From assembly GCA_963735035.1 (NCBI GenBank), contig CAVTJJ010000004.1, positions 32,001-96,000 on the forward strand: a DNA stretch of 64,000 nt. Direction: 5' to 3'. The notes beneath the pieces were generated by a model that saw nothing but the letters and a program-made list of their open reading frames with translations, was not told where the DNA came from and ran no database searches. Origin of the DNA: an uncultured candidate division Zixibacteria bacterium (GTDB lineage: Bacteria > Zixibacteria > MSB-5A5 > GN15 > FEB-12). Positions 11,273 through 21,005 of this stretch are shown here, one piece after another. Position 1 is the first letter of the stretch. Every line of letters begins with the position of its first letter. The position numbers and the translations under genes are program-made.

Positions 11273-12118
11273 TTGAATGTCCCGACCGTGCTCAACTTCA
11301 CCACCAACAAGAAACGCCTGCTCCAACATTTCCAAAGGGACCCGGTCCTCTTCGCCTATCATATCGGCGACCTCGACGACTTCTACTTCGGCGACTGCTT
11401 CTGGCCGTCGGTCGCAAACGACCGGAGCGGCCTTGACGATGTCCTGTTGACTTACACCGGCGGTGACACCCCCACACTGTTGGCGTTCGGCCTGAGTGAC
11501 CGTTTCGTCGATTTATTGCGTAACTACTTGCCGCTAGCGCCACGCCGGTTCTTCTGTCATTTCCAGAAATCGCACCGAGAGCTCTTCCGCGAGTTCTGCA
11601 AGGAAACTCCGCTCGGGACGCATTTGAAGATGAAACTGGACGAGAAGCTGTTCGCGGATTCTGGTAGGTCGGGACCCTTGTGCCTGCTCGCCGAGGCGAC
11701 GTCCCGACGGTGTCCGCAGAACGACGCCCCCATCCGCCTTGATTCATCGTATGAACCAGCTCTCCGCAAACTCTACTCAGCCGCCTATCCCGCAAACTAC
11801 TTCGTGCCTAAGATGCTTCAGACCGGCAAGTATTACGGATATATGGATCGTGGCTCGATAACAGCCGTCGCCGGAGTACACGTGGTTTCAGATGAACATC
11901 GTATCGCCGTGCTGGGCAATATCACCACCCACCCTGAATACCGCGGTCGAGGTTTGGCGACCGAGTTGACGCGAGTGTTGACCGCTGAGCTGGTAGCTGA
12001 GGGAAAGATGGTCTGCCTGAATGTGAAGGCGGACAACGCGGCCGCGATCGCCTGTTATGGCAAACTCGGCTTCGTCCCGGTGCATGAATACGAAGAGGCG
12101 CTATTTGAGTTGAGGTAG
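11273..12118 (+). CDS. GNAT family acetyltransferase
   Basis: LGNITTHPEYRGRGLA acetyl-CoA motif; NAAAIACYGKLGF. Confidence 0.9.
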   Translation: MNVPTVLNFTTNKKRLLQHFQRDPVLFAYHIGDLDDFYFGDCFWPSVANDRSGLDDVLLTYTGGDTPTLLAFGLSDRFVDLLRNYLPLAPRRFFCHFQKSHRELFREFCKETPLGTHLKMKLDEKLFADSGRSGPLCLLAEATSRRCPQNDAPIRLDSSYEPALRKLYSAAYPANYFVPKMLQTGKYYGYMDRGSITAVAGVHVVSDEHRIAVLGNITTHPEYRGRGLATELTRVLTAELVAEGKMVCLNVKADNAAAIACYGKLGFVPVHEYEEALFELR

Positions 12119-12160
12119 CCTTCGTAGCGCGGGATCGTTGCGCGGGATCCCTGCGACAGC

Positions 12161-12280
12161 CTTGCCCCGCTTCCCTATTCTGTCTTGCCCCCGCTTCCCC
12201 AATCTGTCTTGCCCCGCTTCCCTAATCTGTCTTGCCCCGCTTCCCCAATCTGTCTTGCCCCGCTTCAGGCGGGGCACCCA
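12161..12280. repeat. 23-bp tandem repeat x4 ending in a REP-like hairpin
   Basis: CTTGCCCCGCTTCCCYAWTCTGT units at 12161, 12184, 12208 and 12231, then TGCCCCGCTTCAGGCGGGGCACCCA (also present at ~7087-7116). Confidence 0.9.
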
Positions 12281-12482
12281 TCTGCAGTTGTAGATCGAAA
12301 CCAGGCCGCTTCGGACGTTTTCGAGATCCCGATTTGTGTTGGTGCCCTAGCCAGGTGCCCCAGCGCTTGCGCTGGGCACTATTAAGACAAAACCCCTCGA
12401 CCATTTTGGTCGGGGGGTCCTGCCGATCTTCAGGATAGCAGAATCATCCCCCGTGGCGGCGGGAGGATTCTGCCGTGCAAGC

Positions 12483-13520
12483 CTACAGCTCTTTCCAGAT
12501 GAATGTGTACCAGCGGCTGGTCAACACTCCGCCGATATTGGCGTAGTAGCTTTCAATCTTCATCTTGTACACCTTGCCGTTCACCTTCACAAGGTACACG
12601 TAGTCCTTGGAAAGCATCCTGTGCAACGGCTCTCCGGTGTAGTTGTACCAGTCTGAGAAGACCGAGGAAGAACCATCTGGCACCATCGACGGTCCGGTCG
12701 GCTGTGCTGTGTACTCGTCAATGTTAGTCGAGTCGGTAAGTGTGGCGTACGCATCAAAAGCAGCGGCGACTCCAGGGCCGTGCGGGCCCGAGTTAAGCAT
12801 GACGTCGTAAGCTGAGAAAGCGATGTCCCAGTCGGTCGAGGTGCTCGGATCTGTCGGGGATACCGTTGAACCGGAGGAGAAATCAAAATATGCCGTGCCG
12901 CTTTCTACAACGACCGACGCCGTTGACGTTGTTCCGCTCAAGTCTTTGGAGTTGGCAGTGGGTTGATAATAGTAGGTCAGATAGACGGTTCCCATATCCG
13001 GTGGCTGGGCGGCGCCAACCAGGGAGTCAATCCGGAATTTGATATAGTTGTCACCTTCGGCGTCAACCATAGAATAGACATGCTTCGTCGGCAGCATCAG
13101 GTGATCCGGTGGTCCCGTATAGATGTACCAGTCATCCACGGCGAAGCTGATTCCATCTGCTTGCCATGATATTCCGGCAGTATCTGCTAATACGATGCTG
13201 TCGAAATCAACCGTGTCGAGGTTATGCCCCGTCGCATTCCCGCCGTCAGTGGTCGACGTGCCACCGTCAAGCTTGATCGTCGCAATCCTGAACGCTATGT
13301 CCCAGCTCGAACTGGTGGTGTCTTTCGTAGTGAACGAGAACCCTTTGAAAACAGTTGCATTGTTCGCGTCCAATGTCGTGCGCCAGAAACCGCTGTCGTT
13401 CCAGGTTGTGGTCACCACATTGGCCGGTCCGTTATCTTTCGGCTTGACCGGGTTATCGTCCGAGCAGCCGATTATCGCCGCCAGCGACACGATAATTGCT
13501 AATGCGAAAAGTCTCTTCAT
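12483..13520 (-). CDS. HmuY-like lipoprotein with two tandem domains
   Basis: Lipobox IIG-C; duplicated WDIAF and WY.YTG.P.H.ML motifs; K(F/M)(R/K)I.S strands. Confidence 0.8.
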   Translation of the reverse strand: MKRLFALAIIVSLAAIIGCSDDNPVKPKDNGPANVVTTTWNDSGFWRTTLDANNATVFKGFSFTTKDTTSSSWDIAFRIATIKLDGGTSTTDGGNATGHNLDTVDFDSIVLADTAGISWQADGISFAVDDWYIYTGPPDHLMLPTKHVYSMVDAEGDNYIKFRIDSLVGAAQPPDMGTVYLTYYYQPTANSKDLSGTTSTASVVVESGTAYFDFSSGSTVSPTDPSTSTDWDIAFSAYDVMLNSGPHGPGVAAAFDAYATLTDSTNIDEYTAQPTGPSMVPDGSSSVFSDWYNYTGEPLHRMLSKDYVYLVKVNGKVYKMKIESYYANIGGVLTSRWYTFIWKEL

Positions 13521-13548
13521 CTATCAATCCTCCAAATAGTGTTATATA

Positions 13549-15762
13549 TCAATTGCTTACAGACCAATCATATTTTATCCCGGCGTACAGACTGCGTCCG
13601 GGCCAGTAGCCGTAGCGCAGATTCACTTGATCCAGGAGATTTTCCAGCCGCACATAGGCTTCAAGTCCGCCGATCTTCTTGAACACATTCAAATTGAGCG
13701 TCGCCCGCGCCCGCGCCCACTCGTCAGGAGTCCCTTCATTGCCGCCCGTGTTCGTGCGCGGTACGAATAGTTTGCGCGATTGATAGGTACCCCAGAACGT
13801 GCCACCGATCCCCAGCTTGTCATAGAAGCCGCTCAATGAAAACTTCAAGGTGTGCGAAGGACGGTTCGTCAACGGCTGACCTGTGCTCAAATTCAGGCTC
13901 TTCAGGTAGTCGTAGGAAAACGAGATGTCAACATTCTGTGACAGCCTCACTCGTGATTCCCATTCGATACCTTGCGTAGTGGCACGTTCAATGTTCTGGT
14001 ATACATAGATACCGCGATAATATTTCGTAGAGCTTCCGATCATGATGAAGTCAATCAGGTCGTTCAGATGATTATAGAAGTATGTGATGCGATGCATACC
14101 GATTGTACCGTATGAAAACTCGGCCGAAATCGAGGCATTAAGCGAGTTCTCATCTTTGAGAGGTCGGTACGTGAGGTGCCCCGCTCGCGCCAGGCTATCG
14201 GCATTGTCAACCAGGCCGCCATATACTACATATCCTGCGGCCGTGTGATCGAACGTAAAGTACTGTTCCTTGATCGACGGCGCCCGGAAACCATAACCGG
14301 TGAAACCACGCAGCTTGACCTGTTCACTTGGCTGATACATGATATTGATCGATGGATTGGTCTTGCCGCCGAACGAGCTGTGATGTTCGTAGCGCACTCC
14401 GGGGAGAAAAGTCCATTTCTTGAAAGGACTGTACTCATACTGAAGATAAGCGTCGCCCGCCTCATCAGCCTTCTTCTCCTGGGCAAGGTCGCTCGACTTC
14501 AAATCCTGATAGTTGTAATCGAATCCATAAGTGGCGACATGGTTCTGGCCGATCACATAATTTGAGCTGTACGAGGTTTGTAGGAACACGTCTTTTGTCT
14601 TCGACGTATCCACCCACGTACCAAACTCACGCTCTACCTTGTTCCATTGATGGTCATAGTAGCTGCCGTAGAACCGCAGGTTCATTGAGTACTTGTCGCC
14701 GGAGAGATAGTCGAGGTTCATAGAGCCGTCGTAACGGTCATTGAATTCGGCGTCATCGTAAACCATCAAGACGGGTTCGGACTCGGATTCCACCCAATTG
14801 CGGTCCTCGTTCATCCACCGCCCCGATCCGGTCACGCTCCAGCGGTCGGTCAGTTTGTAGCGAAGTTTGCCGTCAAGGTTGACCCGGTCGATAGCGTCCC
14901 CACCGTTAGTATGCGGTGTGGACTTGTCCAGATCGAAACCGTCCGTGTGGTAGTATTTCGCTCCCCCGCTTGCTCCCCACTTGTTATTGCTCAATTCGAG
15001 CGCCAGTTCAGGATTGAAAGTCCCGTAGGCCCCGTAATCGGTGCGTAGATTAGCGCTCCTGGTGTGATTCTGGATCTTCTTCGTGATGATATTGATCACG
15101 CCGCCCATGGCGTCGGAACCGTACAGGGTCGACCCGGTCCCTTTGATAATCTCAATCTTGTCTACATTAGACAGCGAGAACTGACCGAGGTCCAACCCGC
15201 CGTTCACCCGGCCCACCGCCCGCTCACCGTCGATAAGTACCAGAATTCTGTCACCTTCGACCCCTCTGATAATTGCCCCCTTGCCGGAGAGATCATCATT
15301 AATGGCGACACCTATCGAAGACGACAGCGCTTCGTCCACCGTGGTCGCGCCGGTCCGCTGGAAGTCACGCTGTGTAACTACTTCGGTTTGCACCGGGACA
15401 TTCTTCAACAAGTGCGGCGAGCGCGTGCCGGTGACAACCACATCTTCGAGTACCCACGGTCGGGGTATAAGCGTAACATCCAAAAACGTCGTGTCCTTCA
15501 CGACCATTTTCAACGTATCGCTGAGGTCATAGGTTACATGGGACACTACCAGACGGTAAGTGCTGTCGGGCAGATTCTTGAATTCGTACTCGCCGTGACG
15601 TGACGATTCAATGACCGTATCCAGTTCTACGATCTGGACATTGGCTCCCCAGATCGGATTACCTGTCTCGGAATCAATTACGCGGCCTCTAAGAGTCCCC
15701 GCGTTTGCGGAAATCACTACAAATGAGCTTGCAATCAGGGTCAGATATATCAATGGACGCAT
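13549..15762 (-). CDS. TonB-dependent receptor (HmuR/CirA-like)
   Basis: VVVTGTRS TonB box, IEIIKGTGSTLYGSDAMGGVINIIT plug motif, GFRAPS, C-terminal ENLLD...GRSLYAGIKYDW. Confidence 0.93.
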   Translation of the reverse strand: MRPLIYLTLIASSFVVISANAGTLRGRVIDSETGNPIWGANVQIVELDTVIESSRHGEYEFKNLPDSTYRLVVSHVTYDLSDTLKMVVKDTTFLDVTLIPRPWVLEDVVVTGTRSPHLLKNVPVQTEVVTQRDFQRTGATTVDEALSSSIGVAINDDLSGKGAIIRGVEGDRILVLIDGERAVGRVNGGLDLGQFSLSNVDKIEIIKGTGSTLYGSDAMGGVINIITKKIQNHTRSANLRTDYGAYGTFNPELALELSNNKWGASGGAKYYHTDGFDLDKSTPHTNGGDAIDRVNLDGKLRYKLTDRWSVTGSGRWMNEDRNWVESESEPVLMVYDDAEFNDRYDGSMNLDYLSGDKYSMNLRFYGSYYDHQWNKVEREFGTWVDTSKTKDVFLQTSYSSNYVIGQNHVATYGFDYNYQDLKSSDLAQEKKADEAGDAYLQYEYSPFKKWTFLPGVRYEHHSSFGGKTNPSINIMYQPSEQVKLRGFTGYGFRAPSIKEQYFTFDHTAAGYVVYGGLVDNADSLARAGHLTYRPLKDENSLNASISAEFSYGTIGMHRITYFYNHLNDLIDFIMIGSSTKYYRGIYVYQNIERATTQGIEWESRVRLSQNVDISFSYDYLKSLNLSTGQPLTNRPSHTLKFSLSGFYDKLGIGGTFWGTYQSRKLFVPRTNTGGNEGTPDEWARARATLNLNVFKKIGGLEAYVRLENLLDQVNLRYGYWPGRSLYAGIKYDWSVSN

Positions 15763-15821
15763 CGGAAAACCTTTTAACTCCAGTTCATCGGTCGGCCATT
15801 ATAGATCATTTAGGGGTTGTT

Positions 15822-15873
15822 TTGTCATGATTCTGTCACGCCCAATAATATTTTCTTGTCATAGGAATGTCAT
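15822..15873 (+). promoter_or_regulatory. Tandem TGTCAY direct repeats (OmpR/PhoB-type operator-like)
   Basis: TTGTCAT 15822, CTGTCAC 15833, TTGTCAT 15856, ATGTCAT 15867: two pairs at 11-bp spacing. Confidence 0.55.
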
Positions 15874-16105
15874 GAACCACAATTGCTTAAATAGCAACCA
15901 CGTGGGCTGGTGCGGTCTTATATGAATTGATAGAAGCTGATGAATATATGAGGGAACGGTTAAATGGACTAGAGCGAGAATAAACAACGTGCCCGGCAGA
16001 TGCCCACATCTGCCGGCTCGTATTGATGCCGCAGAATCGAGATCGCCGCGCTACGACGCCCCGCTTGGCGGGTCATCTCTCCCCGCAATGACCAGGTTAC
16101 ATGGA

Positions 16106-17047
16106 CTAGCGCGAGAATTTCCGCGCGGCGCGTTCCATCTTCGGACTGGACAGCTTCTGGAGCTCGCGGCGAAGTCTGACAATGGCTTGCTCATCCAGGC
16201 GCGCCAGCTTGCGGGCGAATGACCCGGACTCGATTTCTCGGAACAGCCGTTCCATTTCAGTCCGGGCACTGCGATTGATAATCCGCGGCCCGGCGATCGA
16301 TGAGCCGAATCGCGCTGCCGGTGAAATCCGCTCCAACATCCCGACGACACCATGCTTCTTGATAAGCGCGACGATGAGATCGAGCTGATAAGCAACTTCC
16401 AGCCAGGCGTTCTCAGCTTTCCAGCCATGTTTGACAAGCGTAGCGAATCCCGACTTGATGAGCATCGCCAACCCGCCGCAGAGCACCGCCTGTTCGCCGA
16501 ACAGATCCCCCACCGCTTCCTGCGCGAAACTGGTCTTAATCAGGTTCTTCTTTCGCACACCGATCCCGTCGGCCAGAGAAAGGGCTGTCGACGTTGCCTT
16601 GCCGCTCCGATTCTTCGCCACACCGTAGAACGCTGAAAGGGATCGATCTCCGAGATATGCCTCGCGTACCGCCCGACCCGGGGCGTGAGGCGCCACGAGG
16701 ATGACATCGCACCCGGTCGGCGGAGTCAGCAGCCCAAAATGGACCGAAGTGCTGTGCAGGAACCAGAGGGTCGCCTTATTCTTGAGCGACGGTTCTATAC
16801 TGCGCTGGAAGACTCGCGCATGAAGGTGATCCGGGAAAGCGAAACAGACAATGTCCGCTTGTTCGACCGCCGCCGGGATCGTGTTGACCGTCACCCGGTC
16901 GACCCTGGCTTTTCGTCTCGATTTCGACTTAGGCCTAAGGCCGACCGTTACCTCGAACCCGGAATCGCGCAGGTTCTGGGCGATGGCCCGCCCCTGTGAG
17001 CCATAGCCGATAACCGCCACCGATTTAGCTTTCCGCGAGCGCGTCAT
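16106..17047 (-). CDS. ilvC: Ketol-acid reductoisomerase
   Basis: VAVIGYGSQG, NLRDSG, DLFGEQAVLCGG. Confidence 0.95.
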   Translation of the reverse strand: MTRSRKAKSVAVIGYGSQGRAIAQNLRDSGFEVTVGLRPKSKSRRKARVDRVTVNTIPAAVEQADIVCFAFPDHLHARVFQRSIEPSLKNKATLWFLHSTSVHFGLLTPPTGCDVILVAPHAPGRAVREAYLGDRSLSAFYGVAKNRSGKATSTALSLADGIGVRKKNLIKTSFAQEAVGDLFGEQAVLCGGLAMLIKSGFATLVKHGWKAENAWLEVAYQLDLIVALIKKHGVVGMLERISPAARFGSSIAGPRIINRSARTEMERLFREIESGSFARKLARLDEQAIVRLRRELQKLSSPKMERAARKFSR

Positions 17048-17095
17048 AGCCGTAATATACGCATCGGATCACCGACCGCAACCTGTTGGAATACC

Positions 17096-17983
17096 ATGGA
17101 CGCCTATCATCAGCAGATGCTCGATCTGGTCCGGGCCGCCCTTTGCGAGGATATCGGCCCCGGCGATATTACCTCACTGGCCTGCCTTCAGCCGGAACGG
17201 ATCAAAGCGGAGATAATCGCCAAGTCCGACGGAATCGTTTCGGGGATTGAGCCGGTCATGCTCGTCTTTCATCTGGTCGATTCGGCTATTCGGGTGCAGT
17301 TTTCCAAGCGCGACGGGGATAGATTCAGCCGGGGCGACCGTATTGCTGAAATCGACGGTTTCAACCAGCCCATTATGACCGGCGAGCGGACAGCGCTCAA
17401 TTTCCTGGGTCATCTAAGTGGTATCGCCACTATTACCGGACAGTTTGTAGAGCAACTGAACGGCACCAACTGCCGCATTCTCGATACCCGCAAGACCACC
17501 CCGGGGCAACGTCTGTTGGAAAAGCGGGCCGTTCTCCACGGTGGGGGTACCAATCACCGGATCGGGCTGTTCGACATGGTGCTGATAAAAGACAACCATA
17601 TCGCCGCCGCCGGGTCGATCAGCCAGGCCGTGGAGCTGACGCGTGAGTATCTTCACACGGTCGAGTGCCGCCAGCATTTTGGCCCCACTGGTCAGATTCA
17701 GGTCGAGGTCGAAGTAACCAATGAGGCTGAACTGAGAGAAGCGCTCGCTGCGGGCGTCGACCGTCTCCTGCTCGACAACCAGACTCCCGAATCGCTGGCC
17801 CGTCTGGTAGCGATGGCCCGTCAGTTGAATCCGAAAGTACAGTTGGAGGCGTCCGGCAATGTCACGCTGGACAATGTTACCGCCATTGCCGCCACCGGGG
17901 TTGATTTTATTTCGTCGGGCGCACTTACCCATTCCGCCCCGAATTCCGACTTCTCGCTTCGCGTAGTGAGCCAGACCAAATGA
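17096..17983 (+). CDS. nadC: Nicotinate-nucleotide pyrophosphorylase (quinolinate PRTase)
   Basis: LDTRKTTPG, NHRIGLFD, IKDNH, LLDN, EASG. Confidence 0.96.
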   Translation: MDAYHQQMLDLVRAALCEDIGPGDITSLACLQPERIKAEIIAKSDGIVSGIEPVMLVFHLVDSAIRVQFSKRDGDRFSRGDRIAEIDGFNQPIMTGERTALNFLGHLSGIATITGQFVEQLNGTNCRILDTRKTTPGQRLLEKRAVLHGGGTNHRIGLFDMVLIKDNHIAAAGSISQAVELTREYLHTVECRQHFGPTGQIQVEVEVTNEAELREALAAGVDRLLLDNQTPESLARLVAMARQLNPKVQLEASGNVTLDNVTAIAATGVDFISSGALTHSAPNSDFSLRVVSQTK

Positions 17984-18975
17984 CCCAGACTGAGCTCGAA
18001 ATACTGACTGACCTGGCTATCGCCGTGCTACGCAAGCGGCCGGGGCAGTATCTCACTCGCGAAAAGCTAGCGGCACGACTCAAAACCAATCTGACCACAC
18101 TCGATCGGGTTTTCAAACAAGCAGCGCTCTGGGAATACAAGCTCCGCTCTCACACGTCCAAAGGTGTCAAGTTTGTCGCGGCCCCCGATCTGTTGACCGC
18201 CGCCGAAATTCGACACGGCCTGAAAGCCCGCTGCCTCGGACAAACAATCCACGCCTACCGAAGTGTCAAATCAACCAACGACCTGGCGGCCAAGCTCGCC
18301 GATGAAGGCGCAGCCGAGGGAGCGATAGTCACGTCCGAAAAGCAAACCCGCGGACGTGGTAGGCTCGGACGCCATTGGTTCTCCCCGCCCAAAACGGGCA
18401 TCTACCTTTCGATCATTCTCCGCCCTGAGTTTCCGCCCGAGGACGCCCCCGGCCTCTCGGTAATGACCGCCCTGGCGCTCGCCGACACGATCGCCCACTG
18501 GTGCCCCGGTTTGGTGCAGATCAAATGGCCTAACGATATCTGGATCAACGGCCGCAAGACCGCCGGAATCTTGACCGAACTCTCGGCTGAACGGGAGAAG
18601 ATCAATCATGTGATCGTCGGGGTCGGCATTAATGTCAATCACACCGCGAGCGATTTCCCGGACGATCTTCGCACCGCTGCGACTTCGCTCCGTCGCGAAT
18701 TGCGCCGCAAAGTGAACCGCCTGGAGCTGTTGCGTCTCTTCCTGCTCAATTTCGAGCGCGAGTACGAGAAGTACCGAAGATACCGGCTAAAGAAATCGCT
18801 CTCGAAAGTACGCAAGTACTCCGCGCTGATCGGGCGGGAGATAACGCTTCAGTCGGGCCAGGTTCGAATGACGGGTTTCGTGAAAGACATCGATTCTTCT
18901 GGCGCTCTGATTCTTCAGACCGTCACCGGCCCCGAAACGATCACCGCCGGCGAAGTGACAGTAGTGAAACAATAA
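17980..18975 (+). CDS. birA: Biotin--acetyl-CoA-carboxylase ligase with N-terminal HTH-like region
   Basis: STND, QTRGRGRLGR, KWPNDI, GVGINVN. Confidence 0.95.
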   Translation: MTQTELEILTDLAIAVLRKRPGQYLTREKLAARLKTNLTTLDRVFKQAALWEYKLRSHTSKGVKFVAAPDLLTAAEIRHGLKARCLGQTIHAYRSVKSTNDLAAKLADEGAAEGAIVTSEKQTRGRGRLGRHWFSPPKTGIYLSIILRPEFPPEDAPGLSVMTALALADTIAHWCPGLVQIKWPNDIWINGRKTAGILTELSAEREKINHVIVGVGINVNHTASDFPDDLRTAATSLRRELRRKVNRLELLRLFLLNFEREYEKYRRYRLKKSLSKVRKYSALIGREITLQSGQVRMTGFVKDIDSSGALILQTVTGPETITAGEVTVVKQ

Positions 18976-19022
18976 CCACCGGCATATTGCCCTCGCGCCC
19001 GCTTTTCCGTACCCTTCCCCTC

Positions 19023-19392
19023 ATGTACAACGACACCGTCATGGACCATTTCCAGAACCCGCGCCACACCGGCGAAATGCCGGACGCAGACGGGGTCGGC
19101 GAGGTCGGCAATCCCGCCTGCGGTGATGTCATGCGGTTGTACATCAAAGTGCGCGACAACCGGCTGGCCGATATCCGCTGTCAGGTGTTCGGCTGCGCGG
19201 CCGCGATCGCTTCTGCTTCGGCCGCCTCCGAGATGGTCATAGGCAAGTCGCTGGACGAGGCGGCTCGAACTCACCCGCGACCAGGTGGCAACTTATCTGA
19301 ACGGTCTCCCCGAACGCAAGATGGCCTGCTCCAATCTCGCCCCGGACGCCATCCGCGCCGCGATTGAAAACTACCGCGCCAAACAGGTGTGA
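19023..19392 (+). CDS. iscU: IscU/NifU-like Fe-S scaffold (one extra base at ~19263)
   Basis: DHFQNPR, GNPACGDVM and FGCAAAIAS; the shifted frame continues LELTRDQVATYLNGLPERKMACSNLA...QV*. Confidence 0.9.
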
Positions 19393-19395
19393 CCC

Positions 19396-20250
19396 ATGCC
19401 CGAACTGCCGGAAGTTGAAACCGTCGTCCGCGGCCTCAGACCGCTTCTGCTCGGGCGCATCTTCGCGCGGGCGCGGTCGTATGCGCCCCCCAGCTCGGTC
19501 GTCGTGAGCAGAACGTTAGGCAAACAGAAGCTGGAGCGGATTCTCCCCGGCCACACAGTCGAGAGCATCAACCGCCGGGGGAAGAATATCCTCATATCCC
19601 TCTCCGGTGACCTGACGCTTTGGATCCATCTGAAAATGACCGGAAAGCTGCTCACGAAACCGGCGGATGAACCACGCGATAAGCATGACTTGCTGCTGTT
19701 CGATTTCGAACCTGATGCCACCCACTCCCACACCGATCATATCCGTTTCAACGACTACCGTCGTTTCGGCCGCGTGCGTTTGTACCGTAACGACGAACTC
19801 TGGCAGCAAAAGGGTCTGATTGAATTGGGCCCGGAGCCGCTGGAAATTACCGCCTCGGATTTCGTTTCGCTCTGTCAGTCACGCTCACGCATGATCAAAC
19901 CGGCTTTGCTCGATCAGAGTTTTCTCGCCGGCGTGGGCAACATCTACGCCGACGAATCGCTACATCTCAGTCGCATTCATCCCGCCCGTCTGACTTCGTC
20001 AATTCGCGAACCCAAGCTCACCAACCTGCACAAGAACCTGCAGGCAATACTTCGTCGCTCGATCAAGCTTATGGGCACAACTGTCATCAGTTACGCCGGG
20101 GTGGACGGTTCCAGCGGATCGTTTCAGAAAATGCTTACTGTCTATGGACGCGAGGGTGAACCGTGCGGTTTCTGCGGTGCGAAAATTGTCCGCCGTAAGC
20201 TGGGATCCCGCTCCGCTCATTTCTGCCCCCACTGCCAGCGTGAGCGGTAA
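19396..20250 (+). CDS. mutM: Formamidopyrimidine-DNA glycosylase
   Basis: MPELPEVETV, HLKMTG, AGVGNIYADE, C-terminal C4 zinc finger. Confidence 0.97.
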   Translation: MPELPEVETVVRGLRPLLLGRIFARARSYAPPSSVVVSRTLGKQKLERILPGHTVESINRRGKNILISLSGDLTLWIHLKMTGKLLTKPADEPRDKHDLLLFDFEPDATHSHTDHIRFNDYRRFGRVRLYRNDELWQQKGLIELGPEPLEITASDFVSLCQSRSRMIKPALLDQSFLAGVGNIYADESLHLSRIHPARLTSSIREPKLTNLHKNLQAILRRSIKLMGTTVISYAGVDGSSGSFQKMLTVYGREGEPCGFCGAKIVRRKLGSRSAHFCPHCQRER

Positions 20251-20271
20251 ACGATTTTGATGTGATTCTTC

Positions 20272-20985
20272 GTAGGGCGGGTCCGCTTCGAACCCGCCAC
20301 TACCGGTGCCCCAGCGCTTGCGCTGGGATCTTCGTAGGTCGGGATGCTTGTCATCCCGACATCGTACGACGGCCGCTAGGCCGTCATACCTGCGGAGGCA
20401 GGTACCCAGTCAGGCTCGCTGTACAGAACTGCAGCATAGTCTTTGTGTCGATTGATAGAAGGCTCTTTCATACAATCCACTATTTTGACCTGCCATCTTG
20501 ACTGGGTTCCCGCCTTCGCGGGAATGACGGAACCTTCGGTTCCGTTTCTTACTACATCGTCCCCCCATTGCGTGGGGTAACTGAACATATCGGCATATTG
20601 ACGTACCCGATCCGCCGGTTTGTAATGTGGGCGGCAAAGCCTGCCCCCGACTTGATCGGGGGGCCTCGTCTGCCCCTTCTTCGTGGTGGATTGTAAGTAG
20701 GTCAGGCGGACTTGACGCCTGACATTCCGCGTCCAATTAAGAAACGGGACGCCCGTCCCGTCATCCTGGCGGAAGCCAAGACCCAGTTGTGAATGCTATA
20801 TCAATGGGGTCTTGCCTGACATTCCCTTCGCTATGAATGTTTGAACATTGGCATTTGTGCCCGTTCCAACAGAACTGGGCCCCGGTTTACACCGGGGTGA
20901 CAGAGCTTGCCATGCTTCGACAGGCTCAGCATGACTTTGCGGTGGCAGAACCACCCGCCCGTGGGGCGGGGGTTCTGCCCTACGA
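20272..20985. repeat. Large cluster of REP/RPE-like elements between convergent genes
   Basis: GTAG hairpins (20272, 20334, 20697) and ~150-bp bipartite elements 20381-20530 and 20758-20902. Confidence 0.8.
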
Positions 20986-21005
20986 AAGAATACAGCCATC
21001 AGTGA

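Noticed and set aside
12161..12280. CRISPR array
   Set aside because: Units are contiguous with no unique spacers, and there are no cas genes
19255..19270. Programmed frameshifting in iscU or ileS
   Set aside because: No slippery heptamer or stimulatory structure seen; indel error is simpler
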